Source of the DNA: Vicinamibacteraceae bacterium
GTDB lineage: Bacteria; Acidobacteriota; Vicinamibacteria; Vicinamibacterales; UBA8438
Assembly (NCBI GenBank): GCA_012271165.1
Contig: JAAXGX010000197.1
Span: 34,145-98,144 of the forward strand
DNA length: 64,000 nucleotides
Reading direction: 5' to 3'
The notes under the pieces were generated by a model. It did no database searches and was not told where the DNA came from. It worked only from the letters and a program-made list of their open reading frames with translations. Positions 1 through 10,490 of this stretch are shown piece after piece. The position numbers were made by a program, and so were the translations under genes. Position 1 is the first letter of the stretch, and each line of letters opens with the position of its first letter.

Positions 1-878
1 AGCTCGACGAGCGCGTCCTGCCGGTCCTGCGTCGCGCTGCAGATCGTCTCGAACGCCCGGTAGTGGTCGGCCAGCGCCGCGGCGCCGTGCCGATCGATCA
101 TCGCCAGCCGAATCATCTCGCCGATCTCGATCGATTCGGACATCAGCATCGTCGTCTGATTGGCGAGGCCTACGCGCTCGAGGTCGCGGTCCGGATCGAA
201 TCCCGGCGAGCAGGCATCCGCGAACGTTGCCAGGAACCGATCGCGGTCGATCGTGCCGCGGATCCGCCCGCACACGATCTCCGCCTGCGGCCGGTCGAGG
301 ACGATGAGGTAGCCCCCGGCGTTGACGTCGGCCGCCTGCGACGCGGTCGCCCGCGTCTCCTCGTGGTGCGCCTTGCCGTGGATGACCGCCGTATAGCCGT
401 CGCGCGCGTACTTGCGGACGTTCTTCCAGACGTTGAGCACCGAGCCGCAGGTCGTGTCCACGAGGGTGCAGCCCCGGCGCTGCAGACGCTGGAGAGCCTC
501 CACCGTCACGCCGAACGCGGGAACGATGACGACATCCGCGGGCTCGAGGCGGTCGATCGAGTCGCCGAGGTCGTCGAGGAAACGCACGCCGGCCGCACGC
601 AGCCGGCCGTTGACGTTCGGGTTGTGAATGATCTCGCCGGCCAGGAAGACGCGCCGGTCCGGGAACCGATGCCGTGTCTGATACGCGTAGTCGACGGCGC
701 GGTCGACGCCGTAGCAGAAGCCGAACTCGCGCGGCAGACGCACGGTCAGACGACCGGCCTGCGTGGCGTGGCCCGCCTCCCGCATCGTGTCGATCAGCCG
801 GCTGTGGTAGTCGCTCGCAATGGCGCCGGCAACGTCCTGCTTCAGGTCCAGGCCCTTGCGGTAGACGGTTCCAGACAT
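1..878 (-). CDS. ispH: 4-hydroxy-3-methylbut-2-enyl diphosphate reductase (IspH/LytB); the 3' end runs off the window
   Basis: This gene is not in the ORF track because it has no stop in the window. My reverse translation from the ATG at 876-878 gives MSGTVYRKGLDLKQDVAG...FGFCYGVDRAVDYAY...VDTTCGSVLNVWKNV...GLANQTTM, which are typical IspH Cys and NQTT motifs. Confidence 0.85.
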   Translation of the reverse strand, partial: MSGTVYRKGLDLKQDVAGAIASDYHSRLIDTMREAGHATQAGRLTVRLPREFGFCYGVDRAVDYAYQTRHRFPDRRVFLAGEIIHNPNVNGRLRAAGVRFLDDLGDSIDRLEPADVVIVPAFGVTVEALQRLQRRGCTLVDTTCGSVLNVWKNVRKYARDGYTAVIHGKAHHEETRATASQAADVNAGGYLIVLDRPQAEIVCGRIRGTIDRDRFLATFADACSPGFDPDRDLERVGLANQTTMLMSESIEIGEMIRLAMIDRHGAAALADHYRAFETICSATQDRQDALVE

Positions 879-891
879 GGGCTGAGCGCGA

Positions 892-1494
892 TCACCAGGG
901 ATCGATCGCCGCTTCGCGCAACTGCGGCGTGAGGGTGTCGAGGGTGCTGAGCTCGGGCACCTGCGGACCGTGCAGCGCCCGGTCGACCGCGTCCATGAAC
1001 GCCTCGTCGGCCGCGCGGCCCGCCGCGGCCGCCGCCCGCTCCGGCGGCGGCGCGGGCGGCGGCAGGTGCGCCAGACCCAGCGCGATCAGCAGCGCGGCCG
1101 CGGCCGTGGCGCCGAGCAGTCCGGGGTTGCGCGACAACCGCCGGCGGGCCGAGGCGATGCGCGCGAAGCGGCCCGGCCGGCCCGGGAAACGAAGAATGCG
1201 GGCCCGCGCGCGACGACCGTTGCCGGCCCGCTCCAGCCCGCGCAGGACGCCGTCCTGCAAGGCGGCCAGCCGGCGGGCCGGAAACGCGGCCTCGAAGGCT
1301 CCGTCGTGAGCTGCGGCGAGCTCGTCGAGCAGCTGCTCGATCTCCGCCAGGCGGGCGGCGCACGCGGGGCACCGGCGCACGTGCCGCGCCGTTGCCGCGG
1401 CCTGGCGCCGGCTGGCGCCGTTCGCCGGGAACAGCACCGCCAGCACGTCCGCGTCGGTCAGGTGCCGGGAGTCGGCAAGGGGCGACATGCTCAT
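892..1494 (-). CDS. anti-sigma factor (zf-HC2-like, one predicted TM segment)
   Basis: This is the distal part of the 445-aa ORF, starting at MSMSPLADS. It has the HVRRCPACAARLAE motif and a hydrophobic LLGATAAAALLIALGLA segment. Its ATG (1492-1494) overlaps the stop of the upstream sigma gene by 4 nt. Confidence 0.6.
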   Translation of the reverse strand: MSMSPLADSRHLTDADVLAVLFPANGASRRQAAATARHVRRCPACAARLAEIEQLLDELAAAHDGAFEAAFPARRLAALQDGVLRGLERAGNGRRARARILRFPGRPGRFARIASARRRLSRNPGLLGATAAAALLIALGLAHLPPPAPPPERAAAAAGRAADEAFMDAVDRALHGPQVPELSTLDTLTPQLREAAIDPW

Positions 1495-2153
1495 GCGCTC
1501 GCGGCCTGCCGCCGCCCCGCGGGCCGCAGGCGTCCGCCGCCCAGACGCGCTCGCAGGGTCTGCACGGCGCGAAACAGATGCACTCGGACGGTGGCCTCGT
1601 TCAGTCCGAGAATGGCGCCGGCCTCCCGGGGCGAGTGCCCCTCGAAACGGGTGAGCAGCACGGCCGCTCGTTGACGCTCCGGCAGGCGCTCGACGGCTGC
1701 CAGCAGGCGGCGGCGGGTCTCGCGGGCGAGCAGAACGCCCTCGGGGGACGGACCGCCCGCTTCGTGCCGCTCGTGCAGGCCGCGGCCGTCGGTGCTGGCG
1801 GCCACCAGCCAGCGCCGCCGCCGCGCGCGCGCCTTCAGCCGGTCCAGGCAACCGTTGACGAGGATGCGCGTGAACCACAGGTCGAACCGCAACTCGGCGC
1901 GGCAGTCGGGCAGGTGCTTGAAGACCTTCAGGAACGCGTCCTGCACGGCCTCCTCCACCTCGACGGGGTCGCGCAGGTAGTGATACGCGATCCGGGCGGC
2001 GCGCCGCTGGTAGCGCTCGACCAGCATTCCGAAGAGCCGTTGCGCCGCGGCGGAGTCGCCGCTCGCCAGCAGCGCCTTGACGTCCCGGACCAGTTCCGTG
2101 TTGGTCGGCTCGCCGGCAGGTTGCGCGCTGGCCGCGAAGCGGGCTTTGCTCAT
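1491..2153 (-). CDS. ECF-type RNA polymerase sigma-70 factor
   Basis: The 220-aa ORF has region 2 (YHYLRDPVEVEEAVQDAFLKVF) and region 4 (ERQRAAVLLTRFEGHSPREAGAILGLNEATVRVHLFRA) signatures. Confidence 0.85.
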   Translation of the reverse strand: MSKARFAASAQPAGEPTNTELVRDVKALLASGDSAAAQRLFGMLVERYQRRAARIAYHYLRDPVEVEEAVQDAFLKVFKHLPDCRAELRFDLWFTRILVNGCLDRLKARARRRRWLVAASTDGRGLHERHEAGGPSPEGVLLARETRRRLLAAVERLPERQRAAVLLTRFEGHSPREAGAILGLNEATVRVHLFRAVQTLRARLGGGRLRPAGRRQAASA

Positions 2154-2322
2154 GCTTCGATGGGCTGCGGGCAGGCGGTCTTCGGCCGGCCATGCGGCGG
2201 ACGTCGCCGCCTTGCTGCCCTCGGTTCAATGATAGACCAGTCGCGCGCGGCGTGACCCGCCGGGGCGGGGCGGGCGGACGCGGACGGCCGGGGCGCCGGC
2301 CACGGGCGCCCCCGTGCCGCGA

Positions 2323-3348
2323 TCAGCGCGCCTGGGTGAGGCGGCTGCGAGTCGTGCCGACGGCCGTCCCGTGGTAGTAGTGCTCCAGGATGGCGCGCGG
2401 CGAGTGACCTGCGCGTGCGCGTGCCCGCGCGCCTATCTGGCAGAGTCCGACCCCGTGGCCGAAGCCCAGCCCCTCGAACACGACCGTGTCGCCCTTGCGC
2501 CGCACGGTGAACCGCGTGCTCTTGACCGAACGGGCCCCGAAGCGGGGCACCAACGCGGCGCGCAGCTGCTCCCCGCGAACCTCGACCGTGTGCTCGCCGC
2601 GCAGCGCGACGCGCTGGACGCGGCCGGCCGGATCGCGGTGGGTCACGACCAGCTCGTCGAGGCGCCTGCCGACCCGCGTGCGGGCATTGCGGTTGAGCTC
2701 CCGGCGCAGCGCGGACACCGTGGTCTCGAAGCGCCAGGGCGCCGCGCCGTCCCGGATGCAGAAGGCATCCGGCGTCCCGCGGAGGTAGGCCGGCGCCGCG
2801 CCGGACCAGACGACGTCGGCGTCGCTGGTATGCCCCCCGCAATCGGCATGGAAGACCGCATTGATGGGATGGCCGGCGTGCGTGACGACGACGTTCCGGG
2901 TGGAGCTCACGGCTTCCTCGGCGAGCCGCACGAGGTGCGACGGCCAGTCCTCGAGATCGCGGTAGACCTGGCAATGCGTCGAAGCGCACAGGTCGAAGCC
3001 CTCGCCGGCATGCCGGTCCAGGTTCGAGAGCGCGTAGGTGCGCGCGAGAATCGCCTGGACCTGGGCTACTCTCAGGGCGGCGTCGGAATCGAGGTTCCCG
3101 AGAGCGGCCTCGGGGAGTATCGCGCCCCGCACGTAGTCGTCCAGCGCGATGCGCCGACGCTTGCCGTCGTGCGTGCGGATCCGCAGCTCGATGCCGGAGA
3201 GATCCGCGCCCGGCGCAACGTCCGGGCGTGCGACGGGCGGCGAGCCGGAGCAGCCGGCCGCGAGCAGCGCGATGCCGGTCACGAGGCAGATCAGGGCCAG
3301 GGTGCGTGCAGAGCGGGGCGGGAAGTGCATGGTCATTCGTAGAGTCAC
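2323..3348 (-). CDS. SpoIID/LytB domain protein, lipoprotein-like
   Basis: The 341-aa ORF has a signal peptide plus LLAAGCSG lipobox and the motifs CASTHCQVY, FHADCGGHT and GHGVGLCQIGA. Confidence 0.8.
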   Translation of the reverse strand: MTLRMTMHFPPRSARTLALICLVTGIALLAAGCSGSPPVARPDVAPGADLSGIELRIRTHDGKRRRIALDDYVRGAILPEAALGNLDSDAALRVAQVQAILARTYALSNLDRHAGEGFDLCASTHCQVYRDLEDWPSHLVRLAEEAVSSTRNVVVTHAGHPINAVFHADCGGHTSDADVVWSGAAPAYLRGTPDAFCIRDGAAPWRFETTVSALRRELNRNARTRVGRRLDELVVTHRDPAGRVQRVALRGEHTVEVRGEQLRAALVPRFGARSVKSTRFTVRRKGDTVVFEGLGFGHGVGLCQIGARARARAGHSPRAILEHYYHGTAVGTTRSRLTQAR

Positions 3349-3509
3349 CGTGGACAGGTATCAGGTACCGCTGCTGCATGAGGTATCGGCTCGAGAGCCG
3401 CTCCCCGCCAGTCCCGGAAAGCCCTGCCGCGTTTGACTTTCCCGAGCACCGGCGTTTACGATTTTTCGTTCGTCCGGCACCCGGCCGCCCCGATACGACC
3501 TTAGCAGAC

Positions 3510-5105
3510 ATGCAAGACGCCGCGCCCACGTTCAGCCTCGCCCCCCACGGCATTACCGAGCCGCGCAACGTGTACCGCAACCTCGGCACGGCGGCTCTGT
3601 ACGAACACGCGATTCGACGTTCCGAAGGGGTGCTGGCCGAGCACGGTCCCCTCGTGTGCCTCACCGGCGTCCATACCGGGCGGTCTCCGAACGACCGCTT
3701 CCTGGTCCGCGAGCCGTCGAGCGAAGGCAACGTGTGGTGGGGCCCGGTCAACAAGGCCATCGAGCCGGGCCAGTTCGAGGCCGTCAAGCAGAAGATGCTG
3801 GCGTCGCTCCGGGGCAGGGACCTGTTCGTTCAGGACTGCTACGCCGGGGCCGATCGTGAGTACCGGTTGCCGGTCCGGATCATCACCGAGCTGGCGTGGC
3901 ACAGCCTGTTCGCGCGGACCATGTTCCTGTCGGGGCCGGCCGGCGCCGTGGACCCGGAGCACGCCCCGGAGTTCACGGTGATCAACTCGCCGTCGATGGT
4001 GGCCGATCCCGCAGTCCACGGCACCCGCTCCGGCGTGTTCATCCTGGTGAACCTGGCCGAGCGCCTCGTGCTGGTCGGCGGGACCAGCTACGCCGGCGAG
4101 ACCAAGAAGTCGATCTTCTCGGTGATGAACTATCTCCTCCCGCTGCGCAACGTCCTGCCGATGCACTGCTCGGCCAACATCGGCGCGGCGGGCGACACGG
4201 CCCTCTTCTTCGGCTTGTCGGGCACGGGCAAGACCACGCTGTCCAGCGATCCGTTGCGCCGGCTCATCGGCGACGACGAGCACGGCTGGAGCGAGCGGGG
4301 CGTGTTCAACTTCGAGGGCGGCTGCTACGCGAAGACAATCAAGTTGTCGGCGGAGGCCGAGCCCGAGATCTACGCGACGACCCGCCGCTTCGGCACGGTG
4401 CTCGAGAACGTCGTGGTCGACCCGCAGACGCGCCGGCTGGACCTCGACGACGGCTCGCTGACCGAGAACACGCGCGGCGCGTACCCGATTTCGTTCATCG
4501 ACAACTGGGTGCCGTCGGGGCAGGGCGGGCATCCCGCGAACATCGTCATGCTCACCGCCGATGCCTTCGGCGTCCTGCCGCCGATTTCCCGGCTCAGCTC
4601 GGCGGGCGCCATGTACCACTTCCTGGCCGGCTACACCGCGAAGGTGGCCGGGACGGAGAAGGGGGTCACCGAGCCGCAGGCCACCTTCAGCACCTGCTTC
4701 GGCGCGCCGTTCATGGTGTGGCACCCGACCGTCTACGCCAAGCTGCTCGGCGAGCGAATCGCGACGCACCGCTCGAAGGTCTGGCTCATCAACACCGGCT
4801 GGACAGGCGGCGCGTACGGCGTCGGCCACCGGATGCCGATCGGGCACACCCGGGCGATGATCACGGCGGCGCTGTCGGGGGCGCTCGACGACGTGGCGTA
4901 CGAGACCGACACGCGGTTCAACGTCGACGTGCCGCTGAGCTGTCCGGACGTTCCGGCCGGGGTGCTGACCCCCCGTGCGACGTGGGACAACACGGCGGAC
5001 TACGACGCCCAGGCCGGCAAGCTCGCGGGAATGTTCGCCGAGAACTTCAAGCGCTTCGAGGCCGAGGCTGCCGACGACATCAGGACTGCCGGTCCCCGCG
5101 CGTGA
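3510..5105 (+). CDS. pckA: phosphoenolpyruvate carboxykinase (ATP)
   Basis: This is an internal ATG of the 625-aa ORF (MQDAAPTFSL...). It has GLSGTGKTTLS and LIGDDEHGW, the ATP-type PEPCK motifs. Confidence 0.95.
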   Translation: MQDAAPTFSLAPHGITEPRNVYRNLGTAALYEHAIRRSEGVLAEHGPLVCLTGVHTGRSPNDRFLVREPSSEGNVWWGPVNKAIEPGQFEAVKQKMLASLRGRDLFVQDCYAGADREYRLPVRIITELAWHSLFARTMFLSGPAGAVDPEHAPEFTVINSPSMVADPAVHGTRSGVFILVNLAERLVLVGGTSYAGETKKSIFSVMNYLLPLRNVLPMHCSANIGAAGDTALFFGLSGTGKTTLSSDPLRRLIGDDEHGWSERGVFNFEGGCYAKTIKLSAEAEPEIYATTRRFGTVLENVVVDPQTRRLDLDDGSLTENTRGAYPISFIDNWVPSGQGGHPANIVMLTADAFGVLPPISRLSSAGAMYHFLAGYTAKVAGTEKGVTEPQATFSTCFGAPFMVWHPTVYAKLLGERIATHRSKVWLINTGWTGGAYGVGHRMPIGHTRAMITAALSGALDDVAYETDTRFNVDVPLSCPDVPAGVLTPRATWDNTADYDAQAGKLAGMFAENFKRFEAEAADDIRTAGPRA

Positions 5106-5127
5106 CGGTTGCCGGGGCGTCCGCGCC

Positions 5128-6591
5128 ATGGATTTCGAACCGGTCATCGGACTCGAGATACACGCCCAGCTCCTCACCGAGACGAAAATCTTCTGCGGCT
5201 GCAGCGCCGAGTTCGGCGGCCCGCCGAACTCGCACGTCTGTCCCGTCTGCCTGGGACTCCCCGGCGCGCTGCCCGTGCTCAACCGGCGGGCCGTGGAGCT
5301 GGCCGTGCGTGCCGGGCTGGCCCTGGGGTGCGCGATCCAGCCGGCGTCCCTGTTCGCGCGCAAGAACTACTTCTACCCGGATCTCCCGAAGGGCTATCAG
5401 ATCTCGCAGTACGAGCAGCCGCTGGCCACCGACGGCCGCGTCGAGTACGAGTCCGAGGGGGAGACGGTCGCGGTCCGCATCATCCGCGTGCACCTCGAGG
5501 AGGATGCGGGCAAGTCGCTGCACGAGGGTCTCTCCGGCGCGGGCCGCGCCACCCACCTGGACTTCAACCGCAGCGGCGTCCCGCTGATCGAGATCGTCAC
5601 CCACCCCGACCTGCGCTCCAGTGCGGGGGCGGCCGATTTCTTCAGCCGGCTGCGGGCGTTGTTCCGGGCGATTGCCGTCAACGACGGCAACATGGAGGAG
5701 GGGAGCCTGCGCTGCGACGCGAACGTCTCGATGCGGCCGGCCGGGACCCGGGGGCTCGGCGTGAAGGTGGAGGTGAAGAACATCAACTCCTTCCGCTTTC
5801 TCCAGCGCGCGCTCGACTACGAGTTCGAGCGGCAGGCCGACGTGCTGCGGCGCGGCGGCACCGTCGTTCAGGAGACCCGCCTCTGGGACACGGCCAGCGG
5901 CTCGACGTTCCCCATGCGGACCAAGGAGGAGGCGCACGACTACCGCTACTTTCCCGAGCCCGATCTGCCGCCCCTCGAGGTGCCGGAGAGCTGGGTCGCG
6001 GCCATCCGCGCGACGCTGCCGGAGCTGCCCGAGCAGCGGAAGCGCCGCTTCCTGAGCGACTACGGTCTCACTGAGCAGGAAGCCGGGTGGCTGTCCCAGT
6101 CGGAGGCCGTCGCCGGATACTTCGAGGAGACCGCGCGGAAGTCGGGGAACCCGCGGGCCGCCAGCAACTGGATCATGGGGCCCGTCGGCCGGCATCTGAA
6201 CGAGCACGGCATCGACATCGGGCAACTGCGGGTCGACCCCGCCGGGCTGGGCGGCCTGATCGAGCTGGTGGACCGCGGCGTCATCAGCGGCTCTGCGGCC
6301 AAGACCGTCTTCGAGCGGATGGTGGAGTCGGGCGACTCGGCGCAGGCGATCGTCGAGTCGGAAGGCCTCGCGCAGATCGATGACGCGGCGGTGCTGGGCG
6401 CCGCCGTCAGGACGGCCATGGAGGCCAATCCGCAGGCGGTCGCCAGCTACCGCGCCGGCAAGACGGGCACGCTCGGGTTCCTGGTGGGCCAGGTCATGCG
6501 GCAGACCCGCGGCCAGGCCAATCCGCGGCTGGTGCGTGCGCTGGTGCAGAGCGCGCTGGATGCGGTCGAAATTGACACCGCCAGAGGGTGA
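5128..6591 (+). CDS. gatB: Asp-tRNA(Asn)/Glu-tRNA(Gln) amidotransferase subunit B
   Basis: The translation MDFEPVIGLEIHAQLLTETKIFCGC...PVCLGLPGALP...NYFYPDLPKGYQISQY matches GatB. The start is an in-frame ATG at 5128. Confidence 0.95.
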   Translation: MDFEPVIGLEIHAQLLTETKIFCGCSAEFGGPPNSHVCPVCLGLPGALPVLNRRAVELAVRAGLALGCAIQPASLFARKNYFYPDLPKGYQISQYEQPLATDGRVEYESEGETVAVRIIRVHLEEDAGKSLHEGLSGAGRATHLDFNRSGVPLIEIVTHPDLRSSAGAADFFSRLRALFRAIAVNDGNMEEGSLRCDANVSMRPAGTRGLGVKVEVKNINSFRFLQRALDYEFERQADVLRRGGTVVQETRLWDTASGSTFPMRTKEEAHDYRYFPEPDLPPLEVPESWVAAIRATLPELPEQRKRRFLSDYGLTEQEAGWLSQSEAVAGYFEETARKSGNPRAASNWIMGPVGRHLNEHGIDIGQLRVDPAGLGGLIELVDRGVISGSAAKTVFERMVESGDSAQAIVESEGLAQIDDAAVLGAAVRTAMEANPQAVASYRAGKTGTLGFLVGQVMRQTRGQANPRLVRALVQSALDAVEIDTARG

Positions 6592-6616
6592 CGGCTACAC
6601 TGTGCGACCGAGATCG

Positions 6617-6928
6617 ATGCCGCCATCGAACCGCGACGGCCTGCTCGGGCGCGAGCCCCGGCGCCCGACGGATTTCCGGGCCGTCGCCGGTCGCAGCAGC
6701 TTCTACCGGGAGGAGCTGGTCAAGCACCGCCGGTGTCTCGAGCGGCAACGCGAGTACTATTCGGAAAAGGTCATCGGTGACGTCGAGGCGGCGCTCACGC
6801 GCCTGATCTCCGAGGTCGACCGCCTGTGCGAGCGTGAGAACGGCGCTCTGCTGGTGAGTCGGCTGCTGCGCAGGATCGACGGCGTCACGCGCCTCTCGGA
6901 TTGGCCCGACCAGAAGAAGTCCCACTGA
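6617..6928 (+). CDS. hypothetical small protein
   Basis: This is an in-frame ATG inside the 182-aa ORF. The composition of MPPSNRDGLLG...YSEKVIGDVEAALTRLISEVDRL is non-shadow-like, but I recognise no family. Confidence 0.35.
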   Translation: MPPSNRDGLLGREPRRPTDFRAVAGRSSFYREELVKHRRCLERQREYYSEKVIGDVEAALTRLISEVDRLCERENGALLVSRLLRRIDGVTRLSDWPDQKKSH

Positions 6929-8235
6929 AGAACGCCTCCGGCGCCCTGCGCCGCCATCTGCTCGACATCGTCGACGCCGGCATCGCCGCCGTATCAGGGG
7001 AGCGGCTGGTCGAGCGGGCGCTTGCGGGCACCCGACTGGGCGGGGAGCTCCGCGGTCGCACGATGACGCTGGTCGCCGCCGGCAAGATGGCGGAGCCGAT
7101 GGCCGCGGCCTTCCTGCGCCTCTACCCCCGGTCCGTGACGGCCGGCCTCGTCGCGGCGCCGGCCAGCGGGGGACCGCTCGGTCGGCTCGAGCGGAAGCGG
7201 GTCGGGCATCCCGTCCCGGACGCCGAGAGCGTGGCCGCGGGGCGGCGCGCCCTGGAGCTCGCGGGTCGTGTCGCCGCCGGCGAGACGCTGGTCGTGCTGC
7301 TGTCGGGCGGGGCGTCGGCCGCGCTGGCGGTCCCCCTCACCGGTCTCACCCTCGACGACAAGATGGGGGCCACGCGCTCGCTGCTGGCCGGCGGCGTTGC
7401 CATCGACCGGATCAATTGCGTCCGCAAGCACCTCTCGGCAATCAAGGGCGGCCGGCTGGCGGCGGCCGCGTCCGGGGAGGTCGTCACCCTGGCCGTCTCG
7501 GACGTGGTCGGCCCCGTTCCCGACGACCCGGCGGTCATTGGCTCCGGCCCGACGGCGCCCGATCCGACCCGCTACGCAGAAGCGCTCGACGTGGCGGACG
7601 CGCGACCGGTGCGCGCGACGTTCCCGCCGGCGGCCCGGCTGGCGCTCGCGCGCGGACACCAGGGGCTGATCCCGGAGACGCCGAAGCCCGGCGACCCGCG
7701 CCTGGCGCGGTCGCGAGTCCACGTCATCGGCAGCCGCCTGGACGCGATGGATGCGGCGGCCCGCAAGGCGGCCGGCCTCGGATATCACGTCGAGATGTGG
7801 ACCGAGCCGGTGATCGGGGAGGCGCGCGTCGCGGGCGAGGCGCACGTGCGGCGCGCTGCGGCGGCCGGCGCAGCGCTCCCGCGCCCGGCGTGCGTGGTGT
7901 CCGCGGGCGAGACGACCGTGGAGGTGAAGGGGCGCGGCCGCGGGGGGCGCAACCAGGAGTTTGCGCTCGCCGCGGCGCCCCTGCTGGGCGAGCTGTTCCA
8001 CCGCGCGGCGTTGGCCAGTGTCGGCACCGACGGCGTCGACGGCCCGACGGATGCCGCTGGCGCGATCGTCGATTCGACGACCGTCGCGCGGGCCGGCCCC
8101 GCGGCGGCCTCGGCATTGCGCGGCCACCTCGATCGCAACGATGCGTATCCGTTCCTGGACCGGTTGGGCGACCTGGTGCGTCTCGGTCCGACACGCGCCA
8201 ACGTCGGCGACCTGCAGGTGATGCTGATCGAGTGA
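6901..8235 (+). CDS. glycerate 2-kinase / hydroxypyruvate reductase-like (DUF4147 + MOFRL family)
   Basis: The 444-aa ORF starts with TTG. It has the motifs LLSGGASA, CVRKHLSAIKGGRLA, GGRNQEFALA and TDGVDGPTDAAGA. Confidence 0.8.
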   Translation: MARPEEVPLKNASGALRRHLLDIVDAGIAAVSGERLVERALAGTRLGGELRGRTMTLVAAGKMAEPMAAAFLRLYPRSVTAGLVAAPASGGPLGRLERKRVGHPVPDAESVAAGRRALELAGRVAAGETLVVLLSGGASAALAVPLTGLTLDDKMGATRSLLAGGVAIDRINCVRKHLSAIKGGRLAAAASGEVVTLAVSDVVGPVPDDPAVIGSGPTAPDPTRYAEALDVADARPVRATFPPAARLALARGHQGLIPETPKPGDPRLARSRVHVIGSRLDAMDAAARKAAGLGYHVEMWTEPVIGEARVAGEAHVRRAAAAGAALPRPACVVSAGETTVEVKGRGRGGRNQEFALAAAPLLGELFHRAALASVGTDGVDGPTDAAGAIVDSTTVARAGPAAASALRGHLDRNDAYPFLDRLGDLVRLGPTRANVGDLQVMLIE

Positions 8236-8237
8236 CG

Positions 8238-10472
8238 ATGCTGACACCCGAACGGGTCCTCGAGGACATCCGCGCGAAGCTCGACCATCCGGCGACGCTT
8301 CGCGAGCTCATGCAGAAGCTCGGGTTGCCGCGCGAGCAGCGTGTCAGCCTGCGGCGGCGGCTGGCGACGCTGGTCGCTGCCGGCGCGCTGATCAAGGTGC
8401 GCGGAAACCGCTACGGGCTGCCGGGGCGGATGCGCCTGGTGACGGGGCGTGCGCACGTGCATCCGCGCGGGTTCGGGTTCGTCAAGCCGGACCATCCCGT
8501 CGACGGCCTGGCCGGCGACCTCTACATCGCCGGCGCCAATCTGAACCAGGCCATGCACGGCGACCGGGTCGTCGCGCGCATCGACAGCCGCCCGGCGGCC
8601 GACCGGTCCGAGGGACGCATCGTGCGCATACTCGAGCGGGCCGCCGAGCGTCTCGTCGGCCGCTACGACGTCGACGAGGCGGGGCTTGCCTACGTGCTTC
8701 CGTTCGATCGGCGGCTCGTCATGGATGTGCACGTGCCGGCCGGCGAGGTGGCGACCGCCGCGCCCGGCGACATGGTTTCCGTCGAGCTGACCCGCTGGCC
8801 GACCGCCGCCCGCGGCCCGGTCGGGCGCGTCAGCGAGGTGCTCGGCGACATCGACGCACCGGGCGTGGACACCCGGTTGATCATCTGCAAGCATCACCTG
8901 CCCGACGAGCACGATCCCGCGGCCGTCGCCGAGGCCGCGGGCGCCGGCGATGCGGTGCAGGCGGGCGACATCGCCGGGCGGCGCGACTTCCGCGGCTGGC
9001 AGACCGTGACGATCGACGGCGAGACGGCTCGGGACTTCGACGATGCCGTGACGCTCGAGCGCCTGCCGAACGGCAACTACTGGCTCGGCGTGCATATCGC
9101 GGACGTCGCGCACTATGTGCCGGAGGGGAGCGCCCTGGACGCCGCCGCGCTCGAGCGCGGCACGTCCGTCTATTTTCCGGACCGCGCCATCCACATGTTT
9201 CCGGCGGCGCTCGCCACCGGCGTGTGCAGCCTGCGACCCGCCATCGATCGGCTCGTGCAGTCGTGCCTGATGGAGATCGATGCGCGCGGAACGGTGCTGA
9301 GACACGAGTTTCACGACGGTGTGATCCACAGTGACGCGCGCCTGACATATGGCGAGGTGAACGCCATCCTGACCGACCGCGATCCTGCGGTCCGCGCGGC
9401 CCGCGCGCCGCTGGTGCCGCTCCTCGAGTCGATGGCCGAGCTCTTCGAGGCGCTGCACGCCCGGCGCCGCCGGCGGGGCTCGATCGACTTCGACCTGCCG
9501 GCGGCCGAGTTCCTCCTGGACGACGAGGGGCGCGTCGAGGCGATTGTCGCCGCGGAGCGCAACCTCGCCCATCGGCTGATCGAGGAGTTCATGCTCGTGG
9601 CGAACGAGACGGTGGCAGGCCACCTGGAACGCTGCCGCGTCCCGGTCCTGTTCCGTGTGCACGAGGCGCCCGATCCGTCGAAGATCGCCGAGTTCGAGGC
9701 GTTCACGGCATCGCTCGGCTTCAGCCTCGGCGTGCCTGCCGACCGCGTCGCGCCCGGGGACTTCCGGCGCCTGCTCGAACGCCTGCGGGGCGAGCCCGCC
9801 GAGCGGCCGGTGGCGTTCCTCATGCTGCGCGCGATGCAGCAGGCCCGCTACGACCCGGCCAACCTCGGTCATTTCGGGCTGGCCGCCGCCACCTACACGC
9901 ACTTCACGTCGCCCATCCGCCGCTATCCCGACCTGATCGTGCACCGGGCGCTGCGGGAGTCGCGGGCCCGCTCGCCCGCGGCGGACGTGCGGGCGGGCTG
10001 GCTGGAGGATCTGCCGGAGCTGGCCCGCCACACGTCGGCCAGGGAGCGTCGCGCGGAGGAAGCCGAGCGCGAGATCGTGCAGTGGAAGAAGGTGCGCTTC
10101 ATGGCGGACAAGGTCGGCGACGAGTTCACCGGATACGTGACCGGCGTGACCGCATTCGGTCTCTTCGTCGAGCTCATCGAGCACTTCGTCGAGGGGCTCG
10201 TGCACATTTCCAGCATGGCGGACGACTACTACCGCTACGTCGAGGGCCAGCACGCGCTGCGCGGCGAGAACACGCGGAAGGTCTACCGGCTCGGCGATCC
10301 CGTGCACGTGCAGCTCGTGAGGGTGGACCGTGACCACCGCCAACTGGAGCTGGCGCTGGTCGAGATCCTCGACAGCGTGCGGCGGGCGGAGGGGCGTCCG
10401 GGCCGGACCCGGCGCCGGAGCGGCCGCCGCGGCGCGGCCGCGGCCGGCCCGCGCGGGCGCCGCCGCCGCTGA
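8238..10472 (+). CDS. rnr: ribonuclease R (RNB + S1 domains, Arg-rich tail)
   Basis: This is an in-frame ATG in the 1018-aa ORF (MLTPERVLEDI...). It has the motifs HPRGFGFV, TIDGETARDFDDAV, YFPDRAIHMFP and YTHFTSPIRRYPDL, plus an S1 domain. Confidence 0.9.
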   Translation: MLTPERVLEDIRAKLDHPATLRELMQKLGLPREQRVSLRRRLATLVAAGALIKVRGNRYGLPGRMRLVTGRAHVHPRGFGFVKPDHPVDGLAGDLYIAGANLNQAMHGDRVVARIDSRPAADRSEGRIVRILERAAERLVGRYDVDEAGLAYVLPFDRRLVMDVHVPAGEVATAAPGDMVSVELTRWPTAARGPVGRVSEVLGDIDAPGVDTRLIICKHHLPDEHDPAAVAEAAGAGDAVQAGDIAGRRDFRGWQTVTIDGETARDFDDAVTLERLPNGNYWLGVHIADVAHYVPEGSALDAAALERGTSVYFPDRAIHMFPAALATGVCSLRPAIDRLVQSCLMEIDARGTVLRHEFHDGVIHSDARLTYGEVNAILTDRDPAVRAARAPLVPLLESMAELFEALHARRRRRGSIDFDLPAAEFLLDDEGRVEAIVAAERNLAHRLIEEFMLVANETVAGHLERCRVPVLFRVHEAPDPSKIAEFEAFTASLGFSLGVPADRVAPGDFRRLLERLRGEPAERPVAFLMLRAMQQARYDPANLGHFGLAAATYTHFTSPIRRYPDLIVHRALRESRARSPAADVRAGWLEDLPELARHTSARERRAEEAEREIVQWKKVRFMADKVGDEFTGYVTGVTAFGLFVELIEHFVEGLVHISSMADDYYRYVEGQHALRGENTRKVYRLGDPVHVQLVRVDRDHRQLELALVEILDSVRRAEGRPGRTRRRSGRRGAAAAGPRGRRRR

Positions 10473-10490
10473 GGCTCGGAGAAGCGTGCC

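Noticed and set aside
3501-5363. A 620-aa minus-strand ORF opposite pckA, and similar long ORFs opposite gatB, ilvB, ilvC and the PQQ genes
   Set aside because: The sense-strand genes are unambiguous housekeeping enzymes. The antisense translations are low-complexity Arg/Gly/Ala/Pro strings.
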